Of a DNA stretch of 64,000 nt, positions 43,051 to 55,912 are shown in pieces (positions within the stretch are counted from its first letter, which is position 1; every line of letters begins with the position of its first letter). The stretch comes from Octopus vulgaris (Eukaryota). The stretch covers positions 94,302,001 to 94,366,000 of the forward strand of contig OX597819.1 of NCBI GenBank assembly GCA_951406725.2, given 5' to 3'. A program made the translations under genes and the position numbers. The notes beneath the pieces are model-generated. The model was not told where the DNA came from, did no database searches, and saw only the letters and a program-made list of their open reading frames with translations.

Positions 43051-44099
43051 TAGTTGTAGATTTCAAATTATGCCATCCTTTTGTAAATACAGAGGAGGAA
43101 AAGTTACTCAGTCCCTGAAGTTAAGTTTATGTATTCATTGAGTAGTTGCTCAGCCACTACTCAGAATTTCTCCAAACAAAATATCCTTCAAACAACAGAA
43201 AGATAAACAGGAGTTTGATTAGGAATTTCTGAAGTAAAGATGTAGCAGAGTTTGAATCTGTCAGTTTTCAGGCCCCACATTCAAATTATGTTTATTTCCA
43301 GATCAGTTTTTGTCAAGTGATAAGACACACAGCAACATACAGCTGGCTAGCTGTTAATGGGTTACAAGAGAAGGAGCATGGCTTAGTGGTTAGAGCGTTA
43401 GGCTCACAATCATGAGGTAGTGAGTTTGATTCCCAGATCAGACTGTGTGTTGTGTTCTAGAGCAAAACACTTTATTTCACACTGTTGCTCCAGTTTATTC
43501 AGCTGTAGAAATGAGCTGTGGCAACACTGGTACCAAGCTGAATCAGCATTTGCCTTTCTCTTGGATAAGATCCGTAGTGTGGAGAGGGGAGGCTTTTATG
43601 CATGGGTGACTGCTGGACTTGTGCCTTGGGGGGGTGGACTTTCTATGGTCATTCATGACTGGAGTGGGGTGGGGTAAAATAGCTTTAGAAATGCTCAGTC
43701 TACCTGTCACTTGTATAAGAGGAGTATTACAAGGGAGCTATTGGTAGTTAAGTAATCAAGTGGAACCTTAGATCTAGGTTAGAAACTAGCTCTTTCTCTA
43801 TTGGCATAAAATCTTGAAATAAAACTAAATAACAATGTACATACATACATATAAGCTCGTCACAGATTTCATCTACTAAATTCACCCACAAGGCATTAGT
43901 CATCCCTGGGCTATAGTAGAAGACACATGCTCGAGATGCCAAGGGGGTGCTGCACAGTGTGACTGAAACTGAAACCACATGATTACAAAGCAAGCTTCTA
44001 AACCCCATGGTGATACCTGTGTCTAAAGTATATCATTCTGGATAGAGTCAACAACTATTGAAAAGGTTGCAAGATGCAATGAAAATTTTAGAAAGCATA

Positions 44100-44671
44100 T
44101 TGAGTTGTCCGGAAAGTTTGTGCCGATTTTTAAAGGAAAAGAAAAGGGTCAATAAATACTTGCCATTACATTTTTAATCAACAAAATATGAGCCATTTTG
44201 TTGCACAATGCATCTCCATCTTTCCTTTAACTTGAAAATACCCTCTTCCCAGAATTGAGGTAGTTTCATGGTAAAGAATTCATCAATGTATCTTTTTACG
44301 TCATCCAAGTAATTGAAATTTTTACCATTAAGACTATTCTACAGAGACCTGAATAAGTGGAAATCCAAAGGAGCATTATCTGGTGAATATGGCGGGGGGG
44401 GGGGGGTAACACATCCCAGCCAAGCTGCAGCAATTTTTGTCTGGTTCCCAAAGCATCAAGTGCTGAAAATGAACTTTCTTATCTTCCATTTTAAAGGGTT
44501 ACAGAATTAACACAGGTTACAGGAACATAAACCTTCTTCCACGAAAAGATAGCTTAAACTGTGCTCTAAATGAAGGAGTAGTCAAATCCTATTTTATGGA
44601 ATCAACCATGTTCTAAAATAAGTCGAAAGATAAGCTACTATAAATCGGCACGAACTTTCCAGACAACCCAA
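44100..44671 (-). mobile_element. Internally deleted mariner, copy 2
   Basis: Colinear with 14318-14883 over its whole length; same TIRs, TA flanks and internal deletion junction. Confidence 0.93.
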
Positions 44672-45491
44672 TAGATAAGTAAATGAGTGGAAGTTGAACT
44701 GGTGAGTGTGTTAAATAATAAGGCACTAAAAGAAAATGACTCTTTCCAGGCACAATAAAATTAAGCAAAAATTTTGCTAAAAAGATTAATGATGGAACAT
44801 ATGCCACTGAACAGCATTAAGAAACATTTTAACTTTTGTAGAATGGTTATGCAGCACTGTAGTAATGTAACAGATAACAACAAAATTCCCAGATACTTAA
44901 TGTATAGAGGAATATTAACAGTAATACTGGATTGAATTACAACTTGAAATATGAATTTAAGGATTGGATTACAACTTGAAATATGCATTTAAAGATGTCT
45001 GAAAAACTTTCCCAGAAATAAGTATTTCTAGGAAAGTTTAGAATGATAAATAACTTGAAAGTCTTGAATTTGGATACAGCAAGTGGGAGGAATATAAGAA
45101 ATAAATGCATGAAATATTTAAAAGAGACTTGCTAGAAATGTACAGATTTTGAATTTTTCTTTATATGCAGCTAATAGCACCTCTGCTTTAAGCAAGTAGA
45201 GAAATTTGCTAATGTGCAACATGTATAACCATTTCTGTCTGTGACTGGCTGCAAAGAAAAGCTGCATTTATTCTTACAAACCACCCCTATTTCTGAATGA
45301 ATATTTAAGGACAGAAATTTTCTACTTCTAATGAATATATTTCTAAATCTATTAACAATAGCAAAATAGTACAGATTTATACTGTGGACATACATTTAGA
45401 AGTATTGCAGGTCTGGGAAACTCCAAACATATGCACATGCACATAATCATGCAATGCACAGTTATTCACAAACAAACATGTGTATACATGT

Positions 45492-45492
<1 letters not shown>

Positions 45493-45551
<59 letters not shown>

Positions 45552-45558
45552 GCAGACA

Positions 45559-45643
<85 letters not shown>

Positions 45644-45645
45644 AT
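45493..45645. repeat. Compound (GATA)n-(GACA)n-(GGCA)n microsatellite
   Basis: Directly visible stepwise motif change. Confidence 0.95.
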
Positions 45646-45660
45646 ATAGATATATATAGA

Positions 45661-45692
<32 letters not shown>

Positions 45693-45799
45693 AAACAGGA
45701 AATAGAAAAATTTTTTGGTATTATTTTTTTATCATTACACATGTTTCATTTGCTAATAGGAATTACAAAGTTTTACATGTTAGATAGACATGCAAGAAA

Positions 45800-46260
45800 T
45801 CATCATTTAACATCCATTTTCCATGTTGGCATGGATTAGACAGTTTGACAGGAGCTGACCAACTGAAGGGCTGTTCAGGCTCCATGTCTGTTTTGGCATG
45901 GTTTCTATGGCTGGATACCCTTCCTAATGCCAACCACTTAACAGGGTGTACTGCATGCTTTTATGTAGTACCAGCATGGATGCATTTTACATGGCATCAG
46001 TACCTACAAGCCCACAAGAGTAGGGATTCTCAGCTGGAGAGGGTTGCAGAAGATGAGCCTGTATACATCGGCAACCATGTTTTATTTAGCTTGATGTGTC
46101 TTTTCAAGCACAACAAACTGCCAGTAGTCTCGGTCCCCTGTCATCCCCTCTGTAAGTCCCAATGTCTGTAGATCCTTTCTCACTATTTTGTCCCACATCT
46201 TTCTGGGTCTACCCCTTCCACATGTTCCCTCTACAATTACAGACCGGAACATCCTGAAGT
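45800..46260 (-). mobile_element. RTE LINE 3' fragment with (GAT)n-type tail
   Basis: VEGTCGRGRPRKMWDKIVRKDLQTLGLTEGMTGDRDYW, same family as 49147-50276. Confidence 0.8.
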
Positions 46261-47347
46261 GTTTAAGAGCATTAAAGGGCTTCAAGAGGAAACAGCTGGG
46301 ATTCACCCTAACTACTTAAATATATACATATTTTTTTTCCCTCTGTCTTTCTTTTCTATTGGACTTTCCTCTGTCTCCTGTTTCTGAAGAAGAGCTTTGC
46401 TTGAAACATAAAACTACTTTTCTTTCCTGAATGTCTGCTAATACTTTACATGTACCACATCCTCACGTTGTTGTTTTTTTGCTCTGGGGATGAGCGAGGT
46501 AGTTGCCAGTGCTGCTGGACTGGCTCCTGTGCAGGTGGCACGTAAAAAACACCATTCGAGCGTGTCCATTGCCAGTATCTCCTGACTGGCCCTCGTGCTG
46601 GTGGCACGTAAAAGCACCCACTACACTCTCAAAATTGTTGGCATTAGGAACGGCATCCAGCTGTAGAAACTCTGCCAGATCAGATTGGAGCCTGGTGCAG
46701 CCATTTGGTTCACCAGTCCTCAGTCAAATCGTCCAACCCATGCTAGCATGGAAAGCGGATGTTAAACGATGATGATAATGACGATGATGATATATAAATG
46801 TTTCTTTTTATGTGAAGTTATATATAAAAACAATTTAACATTAAACTGAAGGATTGCTCAATGCATTTTAGTAGAGTAAATATCAGCTAGTGCAAGGAAG
46901 AGTTTGATAGTGATGTTGAGATTTTGGCTTGGCCATCTTTATTGAACTGTCTAATGAAAGTGAGCAATCTTTGAAGTCCCTGTCAACCTTTCACTTGTAA
47001 AAGTCAATGAATACATACATGCATACTCACATTAACACATTCACACATGCACAGCTACATGCACAGCTACATGTACACACATATGCACACATATAAAAAC
47101 ATATAACCAACCAGATGAACAACCAACCATCATTATATTTGAAACCATGTCTATGTGAGCATGTGTGTTTATACATACAAATTATATGTGTGTGTATGTA
47201 TATGAACTAATTTCTCTTTTCAAACATGTATCTGTATATATTTATATATCTATGTACACACTCTCACAATCCCATGAATGTAAACTACTTCCAATGAATG
47301 TCAATGTTAAAATACATTACTCATTATTTCCCTTTTTCTATTTGCAG

Positions 47348-47478
47348 TTGGAATCAGTTAGATACAGCAATTGTGATTTTATCTGTGGTGGGAATAGTTC
47401 TAGAAGAAATGGAAAGTAATGTAATTCCAATGAACCCTACAATCATTCGTGTCATGAGGGTGTTACGAATTGCCAGAG
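47348..47478 (+). CDS. Cav3: Cav3 exon: IVS3 and first part of IVS4 voltage sensor
   Basis: ttgcAG acceptor, GTaact donor (47479); 131 nt, phase 2/1. Translates [43 protein letters not shown], with the Cav3 [15 protein letters not shown] S4 motif. Confidence 0.97.
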
Positions 47479-48217
47479 GTAACTATCTCTTGACTACAAA
47501 ATTTATCTTCTTAAACTATATGAATCGATCCCAGTACTAACCATTTCTTCCTTAAGTCTGGTACCTATCCTGTTGGTCTCTTTTGCTGGAGACCAACATA
47601 AACACACCGGCATTAACACAATAGCACTGGTTGTCAAGCAGTGGTGAGGAACAAACACAGACACAAAGTCACACACACACACACACTCCGTAAAATGCAC
47701 CATATGAACATGGTCGATACCAGTGCTGCCTGACTGGCTCCCTTGCCGGTGGCACTTAAAAAGCACCATTGGAGCATGGTCATTGCCAGTGCCACCTAAC
47801 TGGCTCCCGTGCCGGTGCACGTAAAAAGCACCATTCAAGTGTGGTCGATGTCAGTACTCTCTGACTGGCCCTCATGCCGGTGGCACGTAAAAAGTACCCA
47901 CTACACTCTCAAAATGGTTGGCATTAGGAAGGGCATCCAGCTATAGAAACCTTGCCAGATCAGATTGGAGCATGACACAGCCTTCTGGTTTGCCAGTCCT
48001 CAGTCAAACCAGCCAACCTACGCCAGCACGGAAAGCAGACATTAAACAATGATGATGATGATGATGATATCAGCAGCAAAGTATTCAAAAGCAAATATTT
48101 ATATAGATATTAATATTGTTATCATTATCGAAGGCAATACAAATAATTGATAATAACAATAATATTAATATAGGTGGTTGCAGGCTTAAATCAGCATTAT
48201 ATAGCAATAGAATTAAA

Positions 48218-48532
48218 ATATTAATCATAAGGACACATTAAAGTGTCTACCCACTAGAAATGAGAGTTAAAATCCTCATTTGGACCATCAAACAAATTAA
48301 CACTGAAAATAACAGATTCAACAGTATATGAGCAAGCAGATCATAAAAAATCTCTCACACACCTATATAACCTAAAGCTATATATTTAATGATATAGGTA
48401 TATATGTGGACTATAAGATACAAAACTCTTACCTTCTTCAACACACCTTAACCCTTTGAAACACCTTTTTTTGGTGGTCCAAACTCTCATTTCTAGTGGG
48501 TAGACACTTTAATGTGTTCTTATGATTAATAT
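48218..48532. repeat. 51-bp inverted repeat (foldback)
   Basis: 48218-48268 is the reverse complement of 48482-48532 with one mismatch (a G-U pair in the + strand RNA). Confidence 0.88.
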
Positions 48533-48905
48533 GGAGGCGCAATGGCCTAGTGGTTAGGGCAGCGGACTTGCGATCGTAGGATCGCGGTTTCGATTCCCAG
48601 ACCGGGCGTTGTGAGTGTTTATTGAGCGAAAACACCTAAACCTCCACGAGGCTCCAGCAGGGATGGTGGTGATCCCTGCTGTACTCTTTCTCTCCCTCTT
48701 TCTTCCTGTTTCTGTTGTACTTGTATTTCAAAGGGTCGGCCTTGTCACTTTCTGTGTCATGCTGAATATCCCCGAGAACTACGTTAAGGGTACACATGTC
48801 TGTGGAGTGCTCAACCACTTACACGTTAATTTCACGAGCAGGCTGTTCCGTTGATCGGATCAACCGGAACCCTCGTCATCGTAACCGACGGAGTGCTTCC
48901 ATTCC
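48533..48905 (+). mobile_element. Young full-length tRNA-derived SINE
   Basis: Head ggaggcgcaaTGGCCTAGTGGttagggc...ggtTTCGATTCcc; CpG-rich; 11-bp TSD ATGATTAATAT at 48522-48532 and 48906-48916. Confidence 0.88.
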
Positions 48906-48913
48906 ATGATTAA

Positions 48914-48957
<44 letters not shown>

Positions 48958-49023
48958 AAATATTGAGTTTCTAAATCTCTCGTAGAGAGGTGTACGGTGG
49001 TGGAGCGATATAATGGTTGTATA

Positions 49024-49145
49024 CTGTCAATCTAACAAGAACGTGACAGTAGGGGGTACACCACCGTTATATAGCCCTAGGAGGCATCCTAGGGCTATAT
49101 AACGGTGGTGTACCCCCTACTGTCACGTTCTTGTTAGATTGACAG
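49024..49145. repeat. Perfect 59-bp hairpin with 4-nt spacer
   Basis: 49024-49082 is the exact reverse complement of 49087-49145; spacer GGCA. Confidence 0.95.
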
Positions 49146-49146
49146 G

Positions 49147-50276
49147 AGATGTGTAAGCTCGCGAGAAATGAAGCTAGTATGCTCCGTTGGATGTGTAATG
49201 TCAGTGTTCATAGTCGACAGAGTGTAAGTACCTTGAGAGAAAAGTTGGACCTAAGAGGAATCAGATGTTGTGTGCAAGAGAGACGATTGCGCTGGTATGG
49301 TCATGTGGTGAGAATGGATGAAGATAGGTGTGTGAAAAAGTGCCACACCCTGGCAGTTGAGGGGACCTGTGGAAGAGGTAGACCCAGGAAAACCTGGGTC
49401 GAGGTGGTGAAGCACGACCTTCGAACTCTAGGTCTCACCAAGGAAATGACCAGAGACCGAGACCTATGGAAGTATGCTGTGCGTGAGAAGACCCGGCAAG
49501 ACCAGTGAGAACAATCAAAATCAAATCATATATCAGAAAGCAGGGGTTAAGTGACCCATCTGTTCGTGTCCGCTGTCAGCCTCGTCTGGCACCCGTGCCG
49601 GTGATACGTAAAAGCACCATTCGCTCATGGCCGTTTGCCAGCTCTGCCTGGCCCCGTGTCGGTGGCACGTAAAAGCACCATCCGTTCGTGTTCGTTGCCA
49701 GCCTCGCCTGGCCCCGTGCCAGTGACACGTAAATGCACCGTCCGTTCGTGGCCGTTGGCCAGCTCTGTCTGGCCCCGTGTCGGTGGCACGTAAAAGCACC
49801 GTCCGCTCGTGGCCGTTTGCCAGCTCTGTCTGGCAACCGTGTCGGTGGCACATAAAAGCACCATCCGTTCGCATCCGTTGCCAGCCTCGGCTGGCCCCCG
49901 TGCCGGTGACACGTAAAAGCACCGTCCGTTCGTGGCCGGTTGCCAGCTCTGTCTGGCCCCGTGTCGGTGGCACGTAAAAGCACCATCCGTTCGTGTCCGT
50001 TGCCAGCATCGCCTGGCCCCGAGCCGGTGACACGTAAAAGCACCATCCGTTCGTGGCCGTTCACCAGCTCTGTCTGGCACCTGTGCAGGTGGCACGTAAA
50101 AAACACCCACTACACTCGCGGAGTGGTTGGCGTTAGGAAGGGCATCCAGCCGTAGAAACACTGCCAGATCTGACTGGGCCTGACGAAGCCTTCCAGCTTC
50201 ACAGACCCCAGTTGACCCGTCCAACCCATGCTAGCATGGAAAACGGACGCTAAACGATGATGATGATGATGATGAT
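49147..50276 (+). mobile_element. 5'-truncated young RTE LINE: ORF2 C-terminus, 3'UTR with nine ~60-bp tandem units, (GAT)n tail
   Basis: Open frame MLRWMCNVS...RRLRWYGHVVRM...EGTCGRGRPRKTW...DRDLW (49149-49508); tandem units 49560-50105; tail ...aaacgatgatgat. Confidence 0.9.
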
Positions 50277-50809
50277 ACCACAGGCTTCTTTCAGTTTCCA
50301 TCTACCAAATCCACTCACAAGGCTTTGGTTAGCTTGAGGTTGTAGTAGAAGACACTTGCTCAAAGTGCTTTGGGACTGAACCTGGAACTATATGGTTGAG
50401 AAACAAGCTTCTTACCACACAGTCATATAAGCTTATTTGATTATTTCTCTCCGTCATTTGTTTTCCACACTGAAATTAAATTTCAGGCTACAAAACGTCT
50501 TTCTTCACAAGACATTGTTCTTTATGCAGCAAGCTAGCAGAATTGTTAAAGTACTGGACAAAATTCTTAGCCACATTTCTTCTGGCTCTTTCTGTTCTAA
50601 GTTCAAATCCTGTCCTAGACAACTTTGCTTTTCATCCTTTCAATATCAATAAAATAAAGTACCAGCCAAGTACTGAAGTCGATGTAATTAACTTACCCAA
50701 CCCCTCAAAAATTGCTGACCTTGTGCCAAATTTAGAAAGAACATTCTTATCATCACCCTTTTTTTTAATCTAATAAAATCTAATGTTTCTATTTTTATAT
50801 TATTTTCAG

Positions 50810-50959
50810 TTCTAAAACTCTTGAAAATGGCAAAAGGAATCCGTGCCTTGCTAGATACTGTGATGCAAGCCCTACCCCAAGTTGGAAATCTTGGCCTATT
50901 ATTTTTTTTACTATTTTTTATTTTTGCTGCTCTTGGAGTTGAGCTGTTTGGAAGATTAG
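50810..50959 (+). CDS. Cav3: Cav3 exon: end of IVS4, S4-S5 linker, IVS5
   Basis: tttcAG acceptor (50808-09), GTaaga donor (50960); 150 nt, phase 1/1. Translates (V)[49 protein letters not shown]. Confidence 0.97.
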
Positions 50960-51317
50960 GTAAGATTAACTGATATATCACATCTGACTACTGGTTTCAC
51001 AAATATCAAGATATCACACATATTGACTGATGACACAACATCATCATACAATACATGTAGAGAAATTGGGTAAATGGTGTAATACCACACAAACTGACAG
51101 ATTAGATGATAGTGAACTGACAGAGTTGATATAATGTTGGACAGAATGCCTTGTGGTATCAATTCCAACTCACTGTACTCTGAGTTCAAACCCTTTTGAG
51201 ATCAACTTTACTTTTCATTCTTTCACTCAATTAGTGAGACTGTTTGAGGGCCAGATAAGATGCCTTGGTTCTTCCCACTCTGACTGCAACACCTGCATCA
51301 ACACTGGTGCCAATCTG

Positions 51318-51802
51318 ATCTGGTGCATAAGATCTGGTCATCAAATCTAAGTAGAGATTTCAAACTCAAAATCTTCAAAGCCACAATCGAACCAATTCTA
51401 CTATATGGCTCAGAAACCTGGACGTTATCAAAGAAGCTTGAGAGGCGGTTGGATGGAACTTACACTCACCTCCTTATGAGAGCTCAAAATCTCTCGTGGA
51501 AGCGTCATCCAACCAAAGTACAAATATATGGGAAGCTACCACCTGTATCATCTCTTGTGAAAGGTAGGAGAGTCCAGTTTGCTGGACATTGTTGTAGAGC
51601 TGAAAACGAGGCAACTTCTACTCTTCTCCTCTGGAAGCCATCTACTCACAATACCAGAGGGCGCACACTCTCCTACCCTGATGTAATCTCCAGGGATACA
51701 GGCATCCAGCAACAGGACCTCCATAATGCTATGATGGACCGTGAAGTCTGACATAGCATAGTAAATTCCATTGTCTCGACCACGGTCGAACAATGATGAT
51801 GA
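51318..51802 (+). mobile_element. 5'-truncated RTE-type LINE
   Basis: KLKIFKATIEPILLYGSETWTL...RRVQFAGHC; (TGA)n tail; 13-bp TSD TGGTGCCAATCTG at 51305-51317 and 51803-51815. Confidence 0.9.
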
Positions 51803-52986
51803 TGGTGCCAATCTGTATCAATTTAAGTCAGAGGCCTTTCTATTCATTCCTTTTTCACCACTCACTGTTCCTGAGAGGTTTGTAGGGGTAGAGTCCTCAG
51901 GCACCTTCTCCATAGTTTGGTATTTAAGCAGTGTGTTACATATCCCAGGGCCCCAATAATTACAGGTATAAACCTGAACTTGTAATCTGGATTGAGTAAC
52001 TGCAGATTTTTCAATAGTTCAGCACAGGTGTTCTCTTTTTCACTGATCTTCAGCTTATGTTGACATCCACTGGGCAGCTAATATCCACAACTGTGCACAG
52101 TTTCTCTTCTCTATCCTAAATCATTATATGTATGTATGGTTTAATATATGTATGTTCCAAATTGTAGGGTACAGAATTGTACCCAGATAGCTGAAATTTA
52201 CTTAAGAGCACATCTTTGCATGATGGACACCATAGGCTATATGAATTTTTCTAATACTTTCTATAAACCTGAGCAAGGTTTGGCACCAGCTACTCATATA
52301 TCATAATGGATGGCAGGTTAGACAATCAGATAGACAGACGAACAGACAGGCAAGCAAACAAATAAGCAGGCAAACAGACAGGCAGGCAAACAGATAGGCA
52401 AGCAGGCAGGCAGGCAGACAGACAGATTGAAGGACTAGAAGATAGATGTCTGGAAAGCTGGAAAGATCAAAGGGTGGATAAAAGTATCAAGTGATGATTC
52501 AATCAATGAATAGATGAATTGATCAATTGATGAATGGATCAATTAACTAATGTATAAATTGATCACTGGACACATCAATCAATGAATGGCTGGAAAGCTG
52601 ACTGGCTGGCTGGATGGATGGATGGATGCATGCATGCATGCATGGACGGATTGATGGATGGGTTGGATGGATGGATGGATGGATGGATGGATGGATGGAT
52701 GGATGGATGGATAGGTGTATGAATGGATTGGTGAGTGAGTGAATGGAGGGGTGGATGGATGGATGGATGGATGGATGGATAGGTGAGTGAGTGAATGGTG
52801 GGGGTGGATGGATGGATGGATGGATGGATGGTGGGGTTAGATGGATGAATGTATTGTTTGCTTGTTTGCAATGCCAGTCTTTTGCTGCTTGTTTGCAACA
52901 ACAAAAAAACTTACACAACATTTTTTTTGCTATTTTTTTTAAAGTACTACTAATATTTTAAATTTTATTTGTTGTCTTCACAACAG

Positions 52987-53108
52987 ATTGCTCAGAAGAA
53001 CATCCATGTGAAGGACTCGGGGATCATGCACATTTTAGGCATTTTGGAATGGCATTTCTCACTTTATTCCAAATTGCAACAGGAGATAACTGGAATGGAA
53101 TCATGAAA
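52987..53108 (+). CDS. Cav3: Cav3 exon: domain IV turret and pore loop (selectivity-filter Asp)
   Basis: caacAG acceptor, GTaaga donor (53109); 122 nt, phase 1/0. Translates (D)[45 protein letters not shown] with Asp (GAT 53085-87) fits the Cav3 EEDD filter; Cav1/2 have Glu here. Confidence 0.97.
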
Positions 53109-53235
53109 GTAAGACATGTTTTTTTAACTATTTTCCAAGATTGGTACCAAGTGTTGCAATAATTAGAGATAGAACTATAAAGCTATAGTCTGAATAGAAT
53201 ATCAGGAGTTTCTCATCAGTTCAACATAGACGTTG

Positions 53236-53500
53236 TATGTATGTATGTATGTATGTATGTATGTATGTATGTATGTATGTATGTATGTATGTATGTATGT
53301 ATGTATGTATGTATGCATGTATATATATATATATACATGTATGTATGTATGTATGTATGTATGCATGCATGTATGTATATATATATACATGCATGTATGT
53401 ATCTATGTATGTATGCATGTATGTATGCATACGTGCATGCATGTATGTATGCATGTATGCATGTATGTATGTATGTATGTATGCATGCATGCATGTATGT
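53236..53500. repeat. (TATG)n microsatellite; a (GGAT)n tract at 52590-52850 lies on the other side of the pore exon
   Basis: Directly visible. Confidence 0.95.
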
Positions 53501-55336
53501 ACATATGTGTGTACCTGTGAGATCTCCAATAACAGATAGTATGACGAAGCTTCCACATTCTCCACAGACTGTGGCTTTTATTGCTACCATATATCTTTCC
53601 TCAGCTTGTCTCTAAATCATACCAATAGGGTAGAAAGGACCTATGTTATATTGTGCAAGCCTCGTGGGACCTAAAATTCTATATGAACATTACTGGCTTC
53701 CCTTTAGTTGGCACTTGTCTTCTTTAGATACAAGTGGACAGTCCTCATATACATTTGTATGTTATGTTTGTCTCCAACTATCTATCCTTGCTTTAGTTAA
53801 TGTGATCATCATCATTATTTAAAGTCCATGCTTGCATGGGTCAGGTAGAGTTTATTGAAACAGGTTTTTTACAGGTGGATGCCCTTTCTGTCACCAACCC
53901 TTATCTATTTCTTAGCAAGGTAATATCTACTCATGACCACACTTGTTTCCACAGAGTATTGGTAATGAATTATATTCATTCACATGATGTCAAAATAAGG
54001 AGACACAAACATATACACAACCCCCCCACACACACCCACACACACACATGAACACACCCATATGACAGGCTTCTTTCAGTTTCCATCTACCAAATCCACT
54101 CACAAAGCTTAGGTTGGCCCAAGGCGATAATAGCAGACACTTGCCCAAGACACCAACATGTAGCTGGGAAACAGACTTCTCAACCACACAGTCATGTCTG
54201 CACCTATAAGTGCTTGTACATATATCATCATAATCATTTAATGTCCATTATCCATGCTGGCATAAGTTGGATGGTATGACCAGGGCTGGCAAGCTGGATG
54301 GCTGTACCAGACTCCAGTCTGATTTGGCATGGTTACTAGAGCTCGATGCCCTTCTTATAAGAGAAATATATTATTAAGCAAAGGAAATGTAATACACTAA
54401 TAAATTATAGTATTTTGAAAATGCTTGTTGAGAACCAATAATGATGTATTTTCATTGAATTCATTCTACTTTACAAAAATAAGAAACCTATCTGCCATTA
54501 ACACACAGTATCAGCTATTGCCTATTTTTGCCAAGAATTGTCTCTAAAATCCTTGCATCTCAAATTTTCAGTAAATTAGATACAAAGATATATTTAAACC
54601 TCTTGATTCTAACCTACTGTATAATTATAATTATCAATTAATTATGCTATAATTATCAGTTCTATAATTTGAATGAGAATTTGCTCTGAAGTTGATTCAG
54701 CTGACAGGCACATGCAGTTGATGTTATTCGTGTTCTTGTTAGGAATTGTTAAAAAAATAATAATCCAATCTGGTTAATCAATACAACACCTGGAATATAA
54801 TAGAATCCTCAGTAAAGAGATGTGGAGGGGGATCTTGATATCATATCTATTTGTTTTTATTATTTATTATTAAAATTTTGAAGAGGAATGGATTTTCAAA
54901 ATCATTAGAACATCAGACAAAATGCCTTGCAGTATTAGTTCCAGCTTTTTACATTCTGAGTTCAAATACTGCTAAGATCAATTTTTGCCTTTCTCCCCTC
55001 CAGGGTTGGTTAAATAAAGTTCTGGTCAAGTACTTGGGTCAGTGTAATTGGTGGCTTTGTACCTAAATTAGAAATTATCATTAAACCTTCACAAGTTTGC
55101 TTGACTCAGAATGGCTGTTTAATTCCTATGGAGTAATATATTTGTTTTCTCAGAAAGACAAAGATCACAGCCATTCTTAGCATGATTTTTGGAATGTTCT
55201 AATATCTGATACAGTGATTTCATATTTCGTAAAAACCAGATTTACTTCAACAATGTGTATGTATGTGCATGTGAACATGTGTGTATGTATGTCGATATAT
55301 GTATATCTGTGTATGTGTGAATATGTATTATATGTT

Positions 55337-55375
<39 letters not shown>

Positions 55376-55692
55376 ATGTATGTATGTATGTATGTATGTG
55401 GGCATGTATATAAATGTATATATTTCAACATAATCTAGGTTAGAACCATACAGTGTGCTTTCAAAGCTCCTCTCCAGGTATTGGCTACCAAATGTTATTA
55501 TACAGTAGGACTTCACCTGTTACTGGATGTACATGCAGAAATCCACAAATGTCTGTAGAATATAAGCAAAAAAATTCAGACTAGAAAATTTATTAAACAG
55601 GCTTTATTACATATCACTACAATTGTTTCAACACGTGGTTATCAGCTGCTAATTGCTGAATGTTACATATATTATACATGATATTGTATTAA

Positions 55693-55912
55693 CCCTTTAG
55701 CATTTCAACTGGTCATATGTAACCCATATATTCTACCACTTTTATGTGCAGACTGGTCAGATCCGGTTTCTTACATCTACCCTCCAACGTCATTCTGAAA
55801 ATAGATAGTCACATCATTGAAATCTTGAAGCTACAAGATGACGCATGATTAATTTTAAAAAATGTAAATCAATAAGCACAACATTTGGACAAATAATCTA
55901 AATATGAAAGGG
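55693..55912. mobile_element. piggyBac-like MITE
   Basis: TTAA-cccttt ... aaaggg-TTAA termini. Confidence 0.7.

Noticed and set aside
48533-48610. tRNA gene (also 19427-19500 and 60211-60285)
   Set aside because: Box A/B are present but the cloverleaf is incomplete, and each continues into a repeat body. These are SINE heads.
49560-50105. CRISPR-like array of regularly spaced repeats
   Set aside because: The whole 60-bp unit repeats, with no unique spacers. It lies in a eukaryotic LINE 3'UTR, and there are no cas genes.
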